From: an uncultured Spirochaetota bacterium
Lineage (GTDB): Bacteria; Spirochaetota; Brevinematia; Brevinematales; JAOACQ01
Reading direction: 5' to 3'
DNA length: 64,000 nt
Assembly: GCA_963768055.1 (NCBI GenBank)
Contig: CAVYGN010000002.1
Span: forward strand, 1,600,001 to 1,664,000
The position numbers and the translations under genes are program-made. Of the stretch, positions 50,715-63,522 are shown one piece after another. The notes beneath the pieces are model-generated. The model had not been told where the DNA came from. It ran no database searches and saw nothing but the letters and a program-made list of their open reading frames with translations. How positions within the stretch are numbered: position 1 is the first letter of the stretch; every line of letters begins with the position of its first letter.

Positions 50715-51836
50715 ATGTATGGATTAATATTAACTGAGAGTTGTAATATGTCATGTAAATATTGTTTTGAAAAACATAAAAATTATGGTCGACAAATGAA
50801 TGATGAAATAATTATTAGTGCTGCTGATTATATTGTTAAAGACTATATAAATAAAGGTAAAGAAGATTATTTTGTAGTTAATATTACAGGTGGAGAACCT
50901 TTCCTTAAATTTGATCTTTTGAAAAAATTATTACTAGAAATAAAAGAGAAAATGAGTATTAATAAAATTAAGCAATATTCGTTTGAAATATCAACAAATG
51001 GTACAATAATAAACGAAGGTATAATAAAATTTATTATAAAAAATAATATTAGATTATTTGTTGGATTCGATGGTATTAAAAAAAGTTATAATGAAGGGCG
51101 TTTTTTTAAAGACCAACCAGGTGTTTATAATATTGTTTATAAAAATATTTTAATATTAAAAGAAAAGGTGAATAAAAATAATATTGTTTTGAATCTGGTT
51201 ATTACTCCAGAGAATGTACAATATTTAAATCAAAATATTAATTTTATGTATATTCTTGACTTACAAATGTCAATTACATTTGCTTATGAACAAGAGTGGA
51301 GTGAGAAATCTATTGTAATATTGAGAAAAGAGTTTCTAATATTTCTTAATTTTTATAAAGATATTGTTAAAACAAATCATGATTTTAGTATTGGATTAAT
51401 TGATAAAACTATAAAACAATGTTTATTTCCTCGTAATTATTATCCTGGTATATGTAGTGCTGCAGAACCCCAACTTGTTATTTTGACTGACGGCAACATT
51501 GTACCTTGTGGCAGTTTTTGTTATATACAGGATAATAATACTGATTTTATTATTGGAAATGTATTTCAAGGAATAGATGAGAATAAACGTTTAAAATTCA
51601 GAAAGTCATTAGAAAATATAGATTTTGAGGAATGTAAAGGTTGTTTATTTATAAATAAATGTACTAATTACTGTACTGCCATAAACTATCTTGTAACAAA
51701 TAATACTCAAGAAATACCAAGTTCTGTTTGTGAAATTAATAAAATATTGATTACCGGATGTGAATTATTAATTGATAATTTGACTAAAGAAAATAGTAAC
51801 TATATAAAAGAGAAATATTTAAAAGAGGTTGATTAA
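50715..51836 (+). CDS. second radical SAM/SPASM peptide maturase
   Basis: CNMSCKYC, TGGEP, STNG, SPASM CSA..GNIVPC..CKGC.....CTNYC...C. Confidence 0.9.
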   Translation: MYGLILTESCNMSCKYCFEKHKNYGRQMNDEIIISAADYIVKDYINKGKEDYFVVNITGGEPFLKFDLLKKLLLEIKEKMSINKIKQYSFEISTNGTIINEGIIKFIIKNNIRLFVGFDGIKKSYNEGRFFKDQPGVYNIVYKNILILKEKVNKNNIVLNLVITPENVQYLNQNINFMYILDLQMSITFAYEQEWSEKSIVILRKEFLIFLNFYKDIVKTNHDFSIGLIDKTIKQCLFPRNYYPGICSAAEPQLVILTDGNIVPCGSFCYIQDNNTDFIIGNVFQGIDENKRLKFRKSLENIDFEECKGCLFINKCTNYCTAINYLVTNNTQEIPSSVCEINKILITGCELLIDNLTKENSNYIKEKYLKEVD

Positions 51837-54179
<2,343 letters not shown>

Positions 54180-54257
54180 TAAAATACAATGATATCTTAA
54201 TGGTAAAATTATTTAATTTGTTGATTTGGAATAAATATTTAAGGAATTGGAGGCTAT

Positions 54258-54761
54258 ATGTTGGATTTGGCTTATTTAAATATTGGAACTTTGAAACAAT
54301 TGTATATGCAGTACATCAAAAAAAATGAAAATAAGTATTATTTGATTGACTTCTTTAGTAACTACGATATTCAAATCGATCCAAATGATTGGAATCGAAT
54401 TCAATATGTTAGTAAAGATTTTAACGGTAATATCATTGCTTATTTTGAAGCAAGAATAAATCGAGGATTTAATATTATTAATGATTTAGAAATATTAAAA
54501 TTTATTGAATATCCCAATATAATATGGATTCATGATTTTATCAGATTTCTCAAAGTGTTATTGCTTGAAAAAAACTTCAGAAAAGTGGTTTTTTATGCTA
54601 TCATAGACAACCCATCTTTTACAAAATGTGAACTATATTTATTGAAGTATAAATTGGTTAAAGAAGTTGGTGTAATGAAAAACCATTGTATTCTTAATGA
54701 TGGAAAAATTTATGATATGAAAATTTTTGAGATTGAAAGAGATAATTTAGGAAAATGGTAG
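54258..54761 (+). CDS. GNAT-family N-acyltransferase (RimJ/RimL-like)
   Basis: GNIIAY, NFRKV.F....NP, EVG.MK.H..L.DGK.YD..IFEI; GGAGG RBS. Confidence 0.8.
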   Translation: MLDLAYLNIGTLKQLYMQYIKKNENKYYLIDFFSNYDIQIDPNDWNRIQYVSKDFNGNIIAYFEARINRGFNIINDLEILKFIEYPNIIWIHDFIRFLKVLLLEKNFRKVVFYAIIDNPSFTKCELYLLKYKLVKEVGVMKNHCILNDGKIYDMKIFEIERDNLGKW

Positions 54762-54767
54762 AAAATA

Positions 54768-55541
54768 ATGATTTTTAATATTTTATTAAAACTATCAATA
54801 AGAAATCTTTTTCGTCATAAAACAAAGAATCTGCTCGTTGTCCTTATGATCATGACGGGCTGTTCCCTGTTTTTTATAGCTTCCTCGCTTGAATGGAATA
54901 TCAGGGATAACTGGAGGCATTACCTTTCAGATACGGTCTTGGGAGATTACTATATAACTTCGATAACGGGGATCGGCGACGATTACCGTTTTTTTAACAC
55001 TGTCCCGCCGCTGAAATTTATCAATAAGGAAATTATTGATTTTCTCGACAGGAATAAAATTCAATATTCATGCAGGATAAGGACCGGGGCAAAGTATTAT
55101 GATGAGAAGCTCGGGTTTCGGGATTTCAACAAATTCCTCGGTATAGATTTTTTAAAGGAGGAAAAGATCCTCTCCAATATATTGATTTATGACGGCACAT
55201 TCGAACCTGCCTCAGATAACGGCATGGATTTTTTCTGGAATCCTTCCTGGAATTATCAGCCGCCGGTCGGGACAAACCTTGTGGTATTAATTCTTGCACT
55301 TGCCGGATATCTGATTGGTGTATTCATCGGTGCTTTGTCAGGCAGTATAATTGAAAATATGCGGATATACCTGGTGTTCCAGGATTATATGAACGGACCT
55401 GTAATGTTCATTCATTCCTTTTGGGATTTTCTCTACATACTGCTGTTCATATTATTACTGACAGCGGTTTGGAGCATTCCGGTAATTAACCGGATCGTCT
55501 CGAAAGCCCCCGCGAGGGTATTCAGGGAACAATCGTATTAA
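54768..55541 (+). pseudogene. FtsX/MacB-type ABC permease, internally deleted
   Basis: Typical N-terminus LSIRNLFRHK.K and partial periplasmic domain joined directly to the last TM helices; 257 aa versus the usual ~400 or more. Confidence 0.6.
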
Positions 55542-55552
55542 TTGGAGTATTT

Positions 55553-56326
55553 ATGAAGAATTGGATTTTACTTATTACAGCGGCAGTATTAACGGCGGTC
55601 TATTCATTATCTTATTGTATCGATCCGGGCGATGTTATTTCTAAATCCGATAAGCGATTTATACCGGATATATTCACTTATAACATGACCCTCCGGACTA
55701 CTTCGGCAAACGGCAAGATTGATGTAGTGGATTATAAGGGGAAAAAGAAACACGAAAATAATATAATGATCACAATAAATCCGGTCAGTGCAAGGGGGCA
55801 GGTCAACCTGAAAAACAGGAACGTGATATGGAGTTACTTTCCTACCTCGGATACAAGTATAAAGTATAGCTACCAGGCAATAATCCTGGGGACGTCGGTA
55901 AGTTACGGCGACATCCTGGCGCTTGAGCTTTCCCGCGATTATGACGTCCGGTCGATGATCGAAACCTCGAGCCTCGAAACCAATGGCCTCGAGGATCCGG
56001 CCTCGACGAATAAGTTTTATCTGCTGACGCTTGGGCCTAAAAAAGATGTCGACGGATATGCGAAAATATTTTTGTGGATAAATACGGCGAACTTTCTGCC
56101 TGTTAAGAGGCAGTACTACGCTTTATCCGGGCTCCTGGTGAAATCCTGCGAGATACAGGGTATTTCCTTCGATGATAAAGGCGTTGTAAGCGAGTGTAAA
56201 GAACTGTTTTATGAACCCCTGAAACAAAAGCAAACCCTGGTAACCTTTTCCAATGTTATTATTATGAGTGATATTCGCGATAAGACATTCAATCCGAAAG
56301 CTATGAAATTTTTCAGCGGAGAGTGA
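55553..56326 (+). CDS. outer-membrane lipoprotein-sorting (LolA-like) protein
   Basis: Signal peptide; IWSYFP, ILGT.VSYGD, Y.LTL.PK..Y.KI.LWI...FLP.K..YY..SG.L.K. Confidence 0.78.
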   Translation: MKNWILLITAAVLTAVYSLSYCIDPGDVISKSDKRFIPDIFTYNMTLRTTSANGKIDVVDYKGKKKHENNIMITINPVSARGQVNLKNRNVIWSYFPTSDTSIKYSYQAIILGTSVSYGDILALELSRDYDVRSMIETSSLETNGLEDPASTNKFYLLTLGPKKDVDGYAKIFLWINTANFLPVKRQYYALSGLLVKSCEIQGISFDDKGVVSECKELFYEPLKQKQTLVTFSNVIIMSDIRDKTFNPKAMKFFSGE

Positions 56327-57579
56327 ATTTGATTAAAATTTCAATCTTTATCCTTCTGCTTTTTCTTCCCATGGAGCTATTTTCATTGGATATAAGCTCA
56401 GTCATAAACACCGGTTTCGATGTTCAATCGGTTAACAGCAATTCGCTGCTTTACCCGCTGAATTTGCTTCAGAGCGGGGGTTACACGAACGAGGGCTTCG
56501 ATTACTATGTCAATGCCGATGTAATAATGAAAAGCGCGATGGGCGAGATCGGGAAGGGTTATCTGGATGTCAGATTCAGTTATTATCCGAAAACATTTCT
56601 TACAAATACCCCCTGGCAGTATTTTAATATTGTTGAGGGTTATGCTGACCTGGCGACCGAGGACTTTTTGCTGCGCATAGGGAAGCATTTCATGCACTGG
56701 GGCGATGGGGTCGCTTTTAATCCCGTCGATATAGTGGATTTGAGAAAAGATCCCCTGTCATATACCGGATATGACCAGGGGAAGCCGGGGGCTGATATAA
56801 CGGTTCCCATAGGTGATTTCAGTTCTTTTTCAGCTTTAAGCGTTGTCGACAGCACATTAACTACGAACATTGACAATCTGCCTGCCATATTGCAATATTT
56901 CTTATCGATAGATATGTTCGACGGGTTTATATTCGCCGATTTTCAGAAGAATTACAAGCCCGAATATGGCGGCAACATCGATTATGTCATGTCTGTAAAA
57001 AATAATATAAATTTAAAACTATATTCCCAATTAACCTACAGAGAGGACAGCTACCGTGAGTTCGCCGCCGAAACGAATGGAGTTCCGTACCTTGAAAATA
57101 TGACCAACAATTACTACGCTGCCTGGGCTGTAGGCGGTAATCTTACCTTTTCTTTTACAGAGACGCCGTTGATCGACGGTATAATAATTTCCGCCGAATA
57201 TTATTACGATGACGAGAACTGGAGCAAAAACGCTTATCAGAATTTCCTGTCGTATATAGATGCGCAGACGAATAATAATAATGTTCCCGCATATATGAAC
57301 GCTATGCTGCAGGAGCAATACCTCAGGAATTCTAAAAGCTATTTTTTTTCAGCGCTTACTTTCCAGGGGCTGTTTGATAAAGATTTCAGCCTGACCGGTT
57401 CTGTGGTCCTTAACATTGACGATCTGAGTTTTGTAATTTATCCCTCGATGTCGTATCAGATCAACCTGGATACCAGGATATCGATAGGAGCCCAGTTTTT
57501 TTGCGGCGGCCAGGACAGCGAATTCGGCAGTATGTCGCAGCTTTTTTCCGTAAACGCCAATTTAACGGTTTCATTTTGA
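56323..57579 (+). CDS. putative outer-membrane beta-barrel protein
   Basis: EGYAD..LRIGK...WG.G..FNP.D, SEFG, C-terminal LTVSF. Confidence 0.65.
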   Translation: MNLIKISIFILLLFLPMELFSLDISSVINTGFDVQSVNSNSLLYPLNLLQSGGYTNEGFDYYVNADVIMKSAMGEIGKGYLDVRFSYYPKTFLTNTPWQYFNIVEGYADLATEDFLLRIGKHFMHWGDGVAFNPVDIVDLRKDPLSYTGYDQGKPGADITVPIGDFSSFSALSVVDSTLTTNIDNLPAILQYFLSIDMFDGFIFADFQKNYKPEYGGNIDYVMSVKNNINLKLYSQLTYREDSYREFAAETNGVPYLENMTNNYYAAWAVGGNLTFSFTETPLIDGIIISAEYYYDDENWSKNAYQNFLSYIDAQTNNNNVPAYMNAMLQEQYLRNSKSYFFSALTFQGLFDKDFSLTGSVVLNIDDLSFVIYPSMSYQINLDTRISIGAQFFCGGQDSEFGSMSQLFSVNANLTVSF

Positions 57580-57595
57580 AACAAAGGAGCATCTC

Positions 57596-58266
57596 ATGAT
57601 TAAAATCAGTGGTGTAGAAAAGACCTATTATCTTGGAAAATCTACGATCGAGGCGTTGAAGGGAATAAATGCAGCTTTTAATAAAGGCGAATTTACATCC
57701 GTGGTCGGGCCGTCGGGCAGCGGAAAATCCACGCTGCTTAACATTATAGGCTGCCTTGACAGGCCTGATCGGGGAGAGGTAGTAATAAGCGGTGAAAATA
57801 TTACCTCTTTAAAAAGCAACAGGCTTGCCGATATCAGGGCCGAAAAGATAGGCTTTATATTTCAGTCCTTTAACCTTATACCTGTCCTAATGTATATGAA
57901 AATATCGAGCTGCCTTTGAATAATATTAATAAATACAAATCGAAAAAGGAAAAGAGGGACAGGATCATAGAACTCATAGAGCATGTAGAGCTTGGCTGTT
58001 ATTTAAAGCACAGGCCTGAGGAGCTTTCAGGAAGCCAGAGGCAGCGCGTGGCTATCGCCAGGGCCCTGGTTACGAATCCTGAAATAGTCCTTGCCGACGA
58101 ACCGACGGCAAACCTCGATTCTGAAACAGGCAGGATGATAATAGAACTCATGAGAAAGATCAACAGGGACTACGGCACTACATTTATATTTTCAACCCAT
58201 GACTTGAATATAATGAAATATGCCGAAAGAGTGTTAAATCTAAAGGATGGAAGAATTTTTAACTGA
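57596..58266 (+). pseudogene. LolD/MacB-type ABC ATPase with 1-bp frameshift
   Basis: GPSGSGKST; one missing A near 57889 breaks IPVLNVYENIELP; second half has LSGSQRQR, LADEPT, STHD. Confidence 0.85.
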
Positions 58267-58309
58267 TATTTAATATGGTTTCATAACATAATTAAAAAGA
58301 GGTATTTCT

Positions 58310-58843
58310 ATGCTAGAACTAGCATACTTAAATCAAGAAAAGTTACAAGATATTTATTCAAAAAGGATTACTTCTAAATTTAATAAGTATTATTTTTTTG
58401 AAAGTTATTATGATTATATTTTACCAATTGACCAAAATGATGAAAAAAAAATACAATACGTTGGAAAAGATAATGAAGGCAATATAATCGGCTATGCAGG
58501 TGCATGGATTAATCGTACTCATAATATTATTGAAAGGATGGAAATAATAAATTTTACAGAAAAGCCAAAATTAGAAGGATCAAGGAATTTATTTGATTTT
58601 CTAGAAATTATTCTTATCAAAAAGAATTTTAGAAAAATTGTTTTTTATGTGGCTGTAGAAAATCCAGCTATTAAATTGTATGAGAAATTCATGAATTTTG
58701 GAGAAGGAATAGGGAAAAAAGTTGGTATTTTAAAAGAACATTATACTCTAAATGATGGAAAGAATCATGATGTTGCTATATTTGAAATTTACAGGGAAGG
58801 TTTTACAGAATGGTTTAGAAAAAAAATAAAAAAAGACTTTTAA
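58310..58843 (+). CDS. GNAT-family N-acyltransferase (paralog of 54258-54761)
   Basis: MLELAYLN vs MLDLAYLN; IQYV.KD..GNII.Y; ENPAIKLYEK; VG.LK.H..L.DGK. Confidence 0.82.
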   Translation: MLELAYLNQEKLQDIYSKRITSKFNKYYFFESYYDYILPIDQNDEKKIQYVGKDNEGNIIGYAGAWINRTHNIIERMEIINFTEKPKLEGSRNLFDFLEIILIKKNFRKIVFYVAVENPAIKLYEKFMNFGEGIGKKVGILKEHYTLNDGKNHDVAIFEIYREGFTEWFRKKIKKDF

Positions 58844-58911
58844 TTAAAAAGATTGAAAAATAGAGAATAAAATATTTTGGATTTTTTTAGATAAAAAAGA
58901 GGAGGATTTTT

Positions 58912-59172
58912 ATGATAAAAGAAGATTTCAAAAACATTAATGAATTAATATTTGAACTAAAGAAAATGATTTCAAGTCAAATCAAATTACAAGGAGAAGA
59001 TTTCGATGAAAATAAGGATTTTGTCTCCGACTATGGAGTAGATTCTCTTGATTTGCTTTTATTGATTTCGGAAATAGAAGATATTATGAAAGTGAGAATC
59101 GAAACAGAAGATGCTGAAAAGATGAGGACTTTTGCAGATGTAAGAAAATATGTTGAGAGTAAATATTTATAA
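58912..59172 (+). CDS. acyl carrier protein
   Basis: Acidic 86-aa protein with GVDSLD phosphopantetheine site; GAGGAGG RBS. Confidence 0.92.
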   Translation: MIKEDFKNINELIFELKKMISSQIKLQGEDFDENKDFVSDYGVDSLDLLLLISEIEDIMKVRIETEDAEKMRTFADVRKYVESKYL

Positions 59173-59236
59173 ATATATCGAATAGTATATAAAGAATGTA
59201 TTATCAAAATATAAAAAATAAAGAGTAAATAATATT

Positions 59237-60448
59237 ATGAGAGTTTATGTTGGTAGTCTGGGTATAATTGTTTCAAATGGGAAAAATATTCTTGATTTCA
59301 GCAATAATATATTTGCCGGGAAATCTGGGATTAAAAAGTTGTCCAATGATGATTACTCTGATATTCCTGTTAGGATTGGAGGTGAAATTATAAATGATTG
59401 GCTTAAAGATTCCGATCTTTCTGAAGAAAGATCTTGGACATTATTGGAAATTGCTGCAGATGAGGCTATAAAGATACAAAAAAATAAAATCTTTAAGTTA
59501 GAATCAGACAGGATAGGTGTTTTTGTTGGGACATCATATGCTGGATCAAATACTATACTAGAGAATTATAAGCATTATTTAAATAAAGAAATATACAAAG
59601 TTTCTCCGTTGACAATGATTAAAGCTATGCGATATTATGCTGCCAGTAATTTAGCCAGAAAATATAAAATCGAAGGTCCCTTACTGGCTTATGATACAGC
59701 TTGTTCTTCTTCACTTCATGCTTTAGGCAATGCTTATAAAATGATTCATTCAAATTTGTTGGATTTAGCTATAGTTGGAGGGGTAGAAACACCACTAACA
59801 CCAACAAGTATCATATGCTGGGACCGTTTACGGATTTTGGCTAATAATGAAGATAATCCGGATAAAGCCTCCTCTCCTTTTGATAAAAAAAGTCCTGGTA
59901 TTGTGTTGGGTGAAGGAGCGGGTGTTATAATCCTTCTAAGTGAGGATGTTATGAATAAAATGGATATTCCACCTTTGGCTGAAATTGCAGGATATGGCTA
60001 TTCTAATGATCCAACGCACATTACTAAATCTAATTTTAAATATATGATAAAATCTATGCAAAAAGCATTATCAGATTATCCCGGACTCAAAGATACAATT
60101 AATTATATTCAAGCTCATGGTACGGGAACTAAGATAAATGATATGGAAGAAGCAAGAGCGATAAATACATTATTTGGTAATCAATCTAATAATATTAAGG
60201 TTAATTCAATAAAATCAATGGTTGGCCATTTGCTTGGCGGCAGCGGAATAATTTCGGCAATAACTACTATTATACAGATTAAGGAAAAGAAATTACACCC
60301 TAATCTAAATCTTGAAGATCCATATAATGATTACCAAATTAACTATGTTGGGGCAAATAAGGAAAGTTGGAATATATGTGTGGGCATTGTAAATGCATTT
60401 GCATTTGGTGGAAGCTTTGCTTCGATATTGATTAAGTATGTGAACTGA
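59237..60448 (+). CDS. beta-ketoacyl-ACP synthase II-like ketosynthase (FabF-like)
   Basis: Cys-His-His triad TACSSS, AHGTGT, KSMVGH; NAFAFGG. Confidence 0.93.
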   Translation: MRVYVGSLGIIVSNGKNILDFSNNIFAGKSGIKKLSNDDYSDIPVRIGGEIINDWLKDSDLSEERSWTLLEIAADEAIKIQKNKIFKLESDRIGVFVGTSYAGSNTILENYKHYLNKEIYKVSPLTMIKAMRYYAASNLARKYKIEGPLLAYDTACSSSLHALGNAYKMIHSNLLDLAIVGGVETPLTPTSIICWDRLRILANNEDNPDKASSPFDKKSPGIVLGEGAGVIILLSEDVMNKMDIPPLAEIAGYGYSNDPTHITKSNFKYMIKSMQKALSDYPGLKDTINYIQAHGTGTKINDMEEARAINTLFGNQSNNIKVNSIKSMVGHLLGGSGIISAITTIIQIKEKKLHPNLNLEDPYNDYQINYVGANKESWNICVGIVNAFAFGGSFASILIKYVN

Positions 60449-60472
60449 ACCAAAATGAAATTAGAATAATAT

Positions 60473-62269
60473 ATGAAATTAATAGCGATAAATAAAAAAG
60501 ATTGGCCCCTGATAAAAAGAGCATTTAACTATGTTAAACCGAATAAATTCAAATTTGCATTTTCTTTTTTCCTTCTACTTGTAGGAATTAGTTTTAATTT
60601 AATTCTCCCTTACTTATGGGCAAAAATTATTGCCTGTATTTTTAATAAAGATTATAATACTTTAATATTTATTGTAATCTCTATTACTATTGTACTAATA
60701 ATACAATCTATATATGGGCTTTTACAAAATTATGTTTCAACTTCATTATATCAAGAAATAGTTTACAATGTCAAAAAAGACATGTACAAAAAAATTTTAG
60801 ATTTACCTATGAAAGCATTTGATCAACTACGTGCAGGTGATTTTATTTCAAGGTTACAAGGTGATGCAAACACAATTTCTCAGGTTATTACAGGACAATT
60901 CTTAAACTCGGTTGTTGACGTATTAAAAATAATAACATTTGGAATAGCTGTTTTCTGCATTAACCTGCCCATGGCGATAATGCTTTTAATAACTTTTCCT
61001 TTGTCATTAATTGTATTTATTAAATTTGGCAAGCTTATGCGAGAGAAAAACAAGGAAATGGCAGAAATGAATGATAATTATTTTAGCAATGTACATCAGT
61101 CAATAACTGGTATAAGGGAAATAAAGGGATTGGGAATTAAAAATCAAAATTACTTGACTTTTATATCATTATTAAAATTGATGAAAGAAAAAGTTATTAA
61201 CATAAACATCTTTGGAGGAATATCCCAGCTTATTACACAGACTTTCAACTACATTTCAGAAATTGGGGTGATAATTGTTGGAGCATATCAAATATACAAA
61301 GGTTTTTTAAAAATAGAGTTCTTCATAACTTTTACATCATATTCTATTCAATTTTCTGAATCAATAATGAATATTAGTAATTTAAATAATAATATTCAAC
61401 AAGCAATGACTTCTTTAGAAAGAATATTTGGTATTATGGATAATTTGAATTATCAGGAATATAATTATGGAAATTTGAATTTAAAAAACATTGAAGGAAA
61501 TATAAAATTTGATGGTATTACATTTGGGTATAATGAAAACTCGAATATTTTGAATAATGTTTCTTTTGAGATCCAGAAAAATAAAAAAATAGCTATTATA
61601 GGAAAAAGTGGTAGTGGAAAATCAACAATATTTAACCTTATACAAAATTTTTATAAACCTCAATTGGGAAAAATTCTAATTGATGACATAGAACTCAATA
61701 AATTAAGTGAAGATTGCTTAAGGGAACATATTTCAATAGTCAGGCAAGAACCTTTCCTTTTTAATTTATCAATTAAAGATAATTTGTTACTTGTTAATCC
61801 AACTGCTAAAGATGATGATGTAATTAACGCTTGTAAATTAGCTTTTATTCATGAATATATTTCAAATTTACCTGAAGGCTATAATACTTTAGTACAAGAT
61901 GGTGGAGCAAATTTCTCGGTAGGGCAAAAGCAAAGGATAGCTATTGCTAGAGTTTTATTGAAAAATACAAAAATAATATTATTTGATGAAGCAACTTCTT
62001 CATTAGATAATGAATCTCAATATTATATTAAAAAGGCCATTGACAATCTTTCATTAAATCATACGGTAATAATTATTGCCCATAGATTACTAACTTTTAT
62101 TGAAAGTGATGAAATAATTTTACTTGATAAAGGAATTATTGCCGGTATTGGCAATCATTCAACTTTGATTAAAAATAATGAAATCTATAATTTGTTATAT
62201 CATATGGAATTGGATACTTATAATAAAAGTCAAAATCTTTCTTTGTTAAAAGATGTCAACACTTTTTAA
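60473..62269 (+). CDS. ABC exporter, fused permease and ATPase
   Basis: Six-TM domain; GKSGSGKST, FSVGQKQR, FDEATSSLD, IAHRL; no N-terminal C39 peptidase domain. Confidence 0.93.
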   Translation: MKLIAINKKDWPLIKRAFNYVKPNKFKFAFSFFLLLVGISFNLILPYLWAKIIACIFNKDYNTLIFIVISITIVLIIQSIYGLLQNYVSTSLYQEIVYNVKKDMYKKILDLPMKAFDQLRAGDFISRLQGDANTISQVITGQFLNSVVDVLKIITFGIAVFCINLPMAIMLLITFPLSLIVFIKFGKLMREKNKEMAEMNDNYFSNVHQSITGIREIKGLGIKNQNYLTFISLLKLMKEKVININIFGGISQLITQTFNYISEIGVIIVGAYQIYKGFLKIEFFITFTSYSIQFSESIMNISNLNNNIQQAMTSLERIFGIMDNLNYQEYNYGNLNLKNIEGNIKFDGITFGYNENSNILNNVSFEIQKNKKIAIIGKSGSGKSTIFNLIQNFYKPQLGKILIDDIELNKLSEDCLREHISIVRQEPFLFNLSIKDNLLLVNPTAKDDDVINACKLAFIHEYISNLPEGYNTLVQDGGANFSVGQKQRIAIARVLLKNTKIILFDEATSSLDNESQYYIKKAIDNLSLNHTVIIIAHRLLTFIESDEIILLDKGIIAGIGNHSTLIKNNEIYNLLYHMELDTYNKSQNLSLLKDVNTF

Positions 62270-62344
62270 CCTCAAATTCAACCCTCTATTGTAAAAACAT
62301 AAATACCTTTTTATTTGGATAGACATATATACATCAGAGAGAAA

Positions 62345-62376
62345 ACATGTGAGATAATTCTCATTATCTCACATGT
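62345..62376. other. palindromic site upstream of tyrosine recombinase (probable recombination core)
   Basis: ACATGTGAGATAAT-tctc-ATTATCTCACATGT, perfect 14-bp arms. Confidence 0.7.
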
Positions 62377-62515
62377 GAGCGAAAGCCCTGTAAATACTGC
62401 ATTTCTACCCTAAATAATTTTACAAATTGATGAAAATTATTACCAAAGAAATATACTGAGAGAAACTTTTCACCTCTTTTTAATATATTTTTCTATATAT
62501 TATCAGAGGTTTATA

Positions 62516-63442
62516 ATGGAAATTAATCCCACAATGCCGACCGTTTTTAAGGGAGTTATCCGGCCAAAACATTATACCAAATTCTGTCGTTTTCTCGGGA
62601 ACAGCAGCCAGACAATCAGATCTTATATGACTTCTTTAAAGGCTTTCAAAATATTTATAAACAAAGATATATACCAGGTAACAAAAAAAGACGTCTTTGA
62701 TTATCATGTTTATCTGGAAGTTCAGACTTCGGAATTCAAATTGGCGGCCTCTACTGCTCGCCTCCGGTGGTATGCCCTTAATAAATTTTTCAAGCTGGCT
62801 ATGGCTGAAAATTGGATAAGGTATAATCCAATGGTTGAAGTTGAAAAGATTTCGTCAAATTTAAAATTGCCCTCAGCTATAAATGATATTGAACTTCCTT
62901 TAGTTGATGGCAAAAGTTTTAATCGGGAAATAATAAATAAGGCAATTGAATTATCTGAAGATCAGCGTCTCACAATAATAATAAAGCTATTATCAAGGAC
63001 CGGTGCCAGAGTTTCGGAAGTACTAGGGTTGAAGTGGGGTCATGTGATCACCTTTGGAAATGATGTGATTTATACATTTCTAGGAAAAGGTAAACGAATC
63101 CGGGATGTAAAAGACTTTGATGGGAAACAGCTATTTGAAGAAATGAAATTAGTATTCAGCCCTGAAAGAACAAATCGGGATGATTTTATCTTTATAAATG
63201 AAAAAGGAAGAGTATTCAAATACAGTGCTCTTTATATGAGAATACGCTGTCTTTTTGAAAAAAACTTTTCTACAGATCGCCCTGTTTCCCCGCACAAGTT
63301 CAGGCACTTTCTTATAACCTATCTTTTAAATGAAGTTAAACTACCCTTAAAAACTGTTCAGAAAATTGTCGGTCACAGATTCTCAATGACGACAATAAGA
63401 TATGACCACCCTCCGGAAATAAAATATAATGTAGGGGTTTAA
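62516..63442 (+). CDS. XerC/D-like tyrosine recombinase
   Basis: SAM-like N-domain; TGARVSE, GKG, PHKFRH, VGH, TTIRY (complete R-K-H-R-H-Y set). Confidence 0.92.
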   Translation: MEINPTMPTVFKGVIRPKHYTKFCRFLGNSSQTIRSYMTSLKAFKIFINKDIYQVTKKDVFDYHVYLEVQTSEFKLAASTARLRWYALNKFFKLAMAENWIRYNPMVEVEKISSNLKLPSAINDIELPLVDGKSFNREIINKAIELSEDQRLTIIIKLLSRTGARVSEVLGLKWGHVITFGNDVIYTFLGKGKRIRDVKDFDGKQLFEEMKLVFSPERTNRDDFIFINEKGRVFKYSALYMRIRCLFEKNFSTDRPVSPHKFRHFLITYLLNEVKLPLKTVQKIVGHRFSMTTIRYDHPPEIKYNVGV

Positions 63443-63522
63443 AAAAAACTGATGAATAAATCAGTTAAAATTTGCTTTAAGATCTTATTCTCTTAATGAG
63501 TACTACTACTACCTTCTTATTT

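Noticed and set aside
47230..51836. Lanthipeptide or thiazole/oxazole pathway suggested by the Ser/Thr/Cys-rich core
   Set aside because: No LanB/C/M/KC or YcaO motifs recognised in any ORF
58912..60448. Housekeeping fatty-acid synthesis or aromatic type II PKS locus
   Set aside because: No fabD/fabG/fabH, chain-length factor or cyclase; AT-rich and embedded between GNAT and exporter in the island
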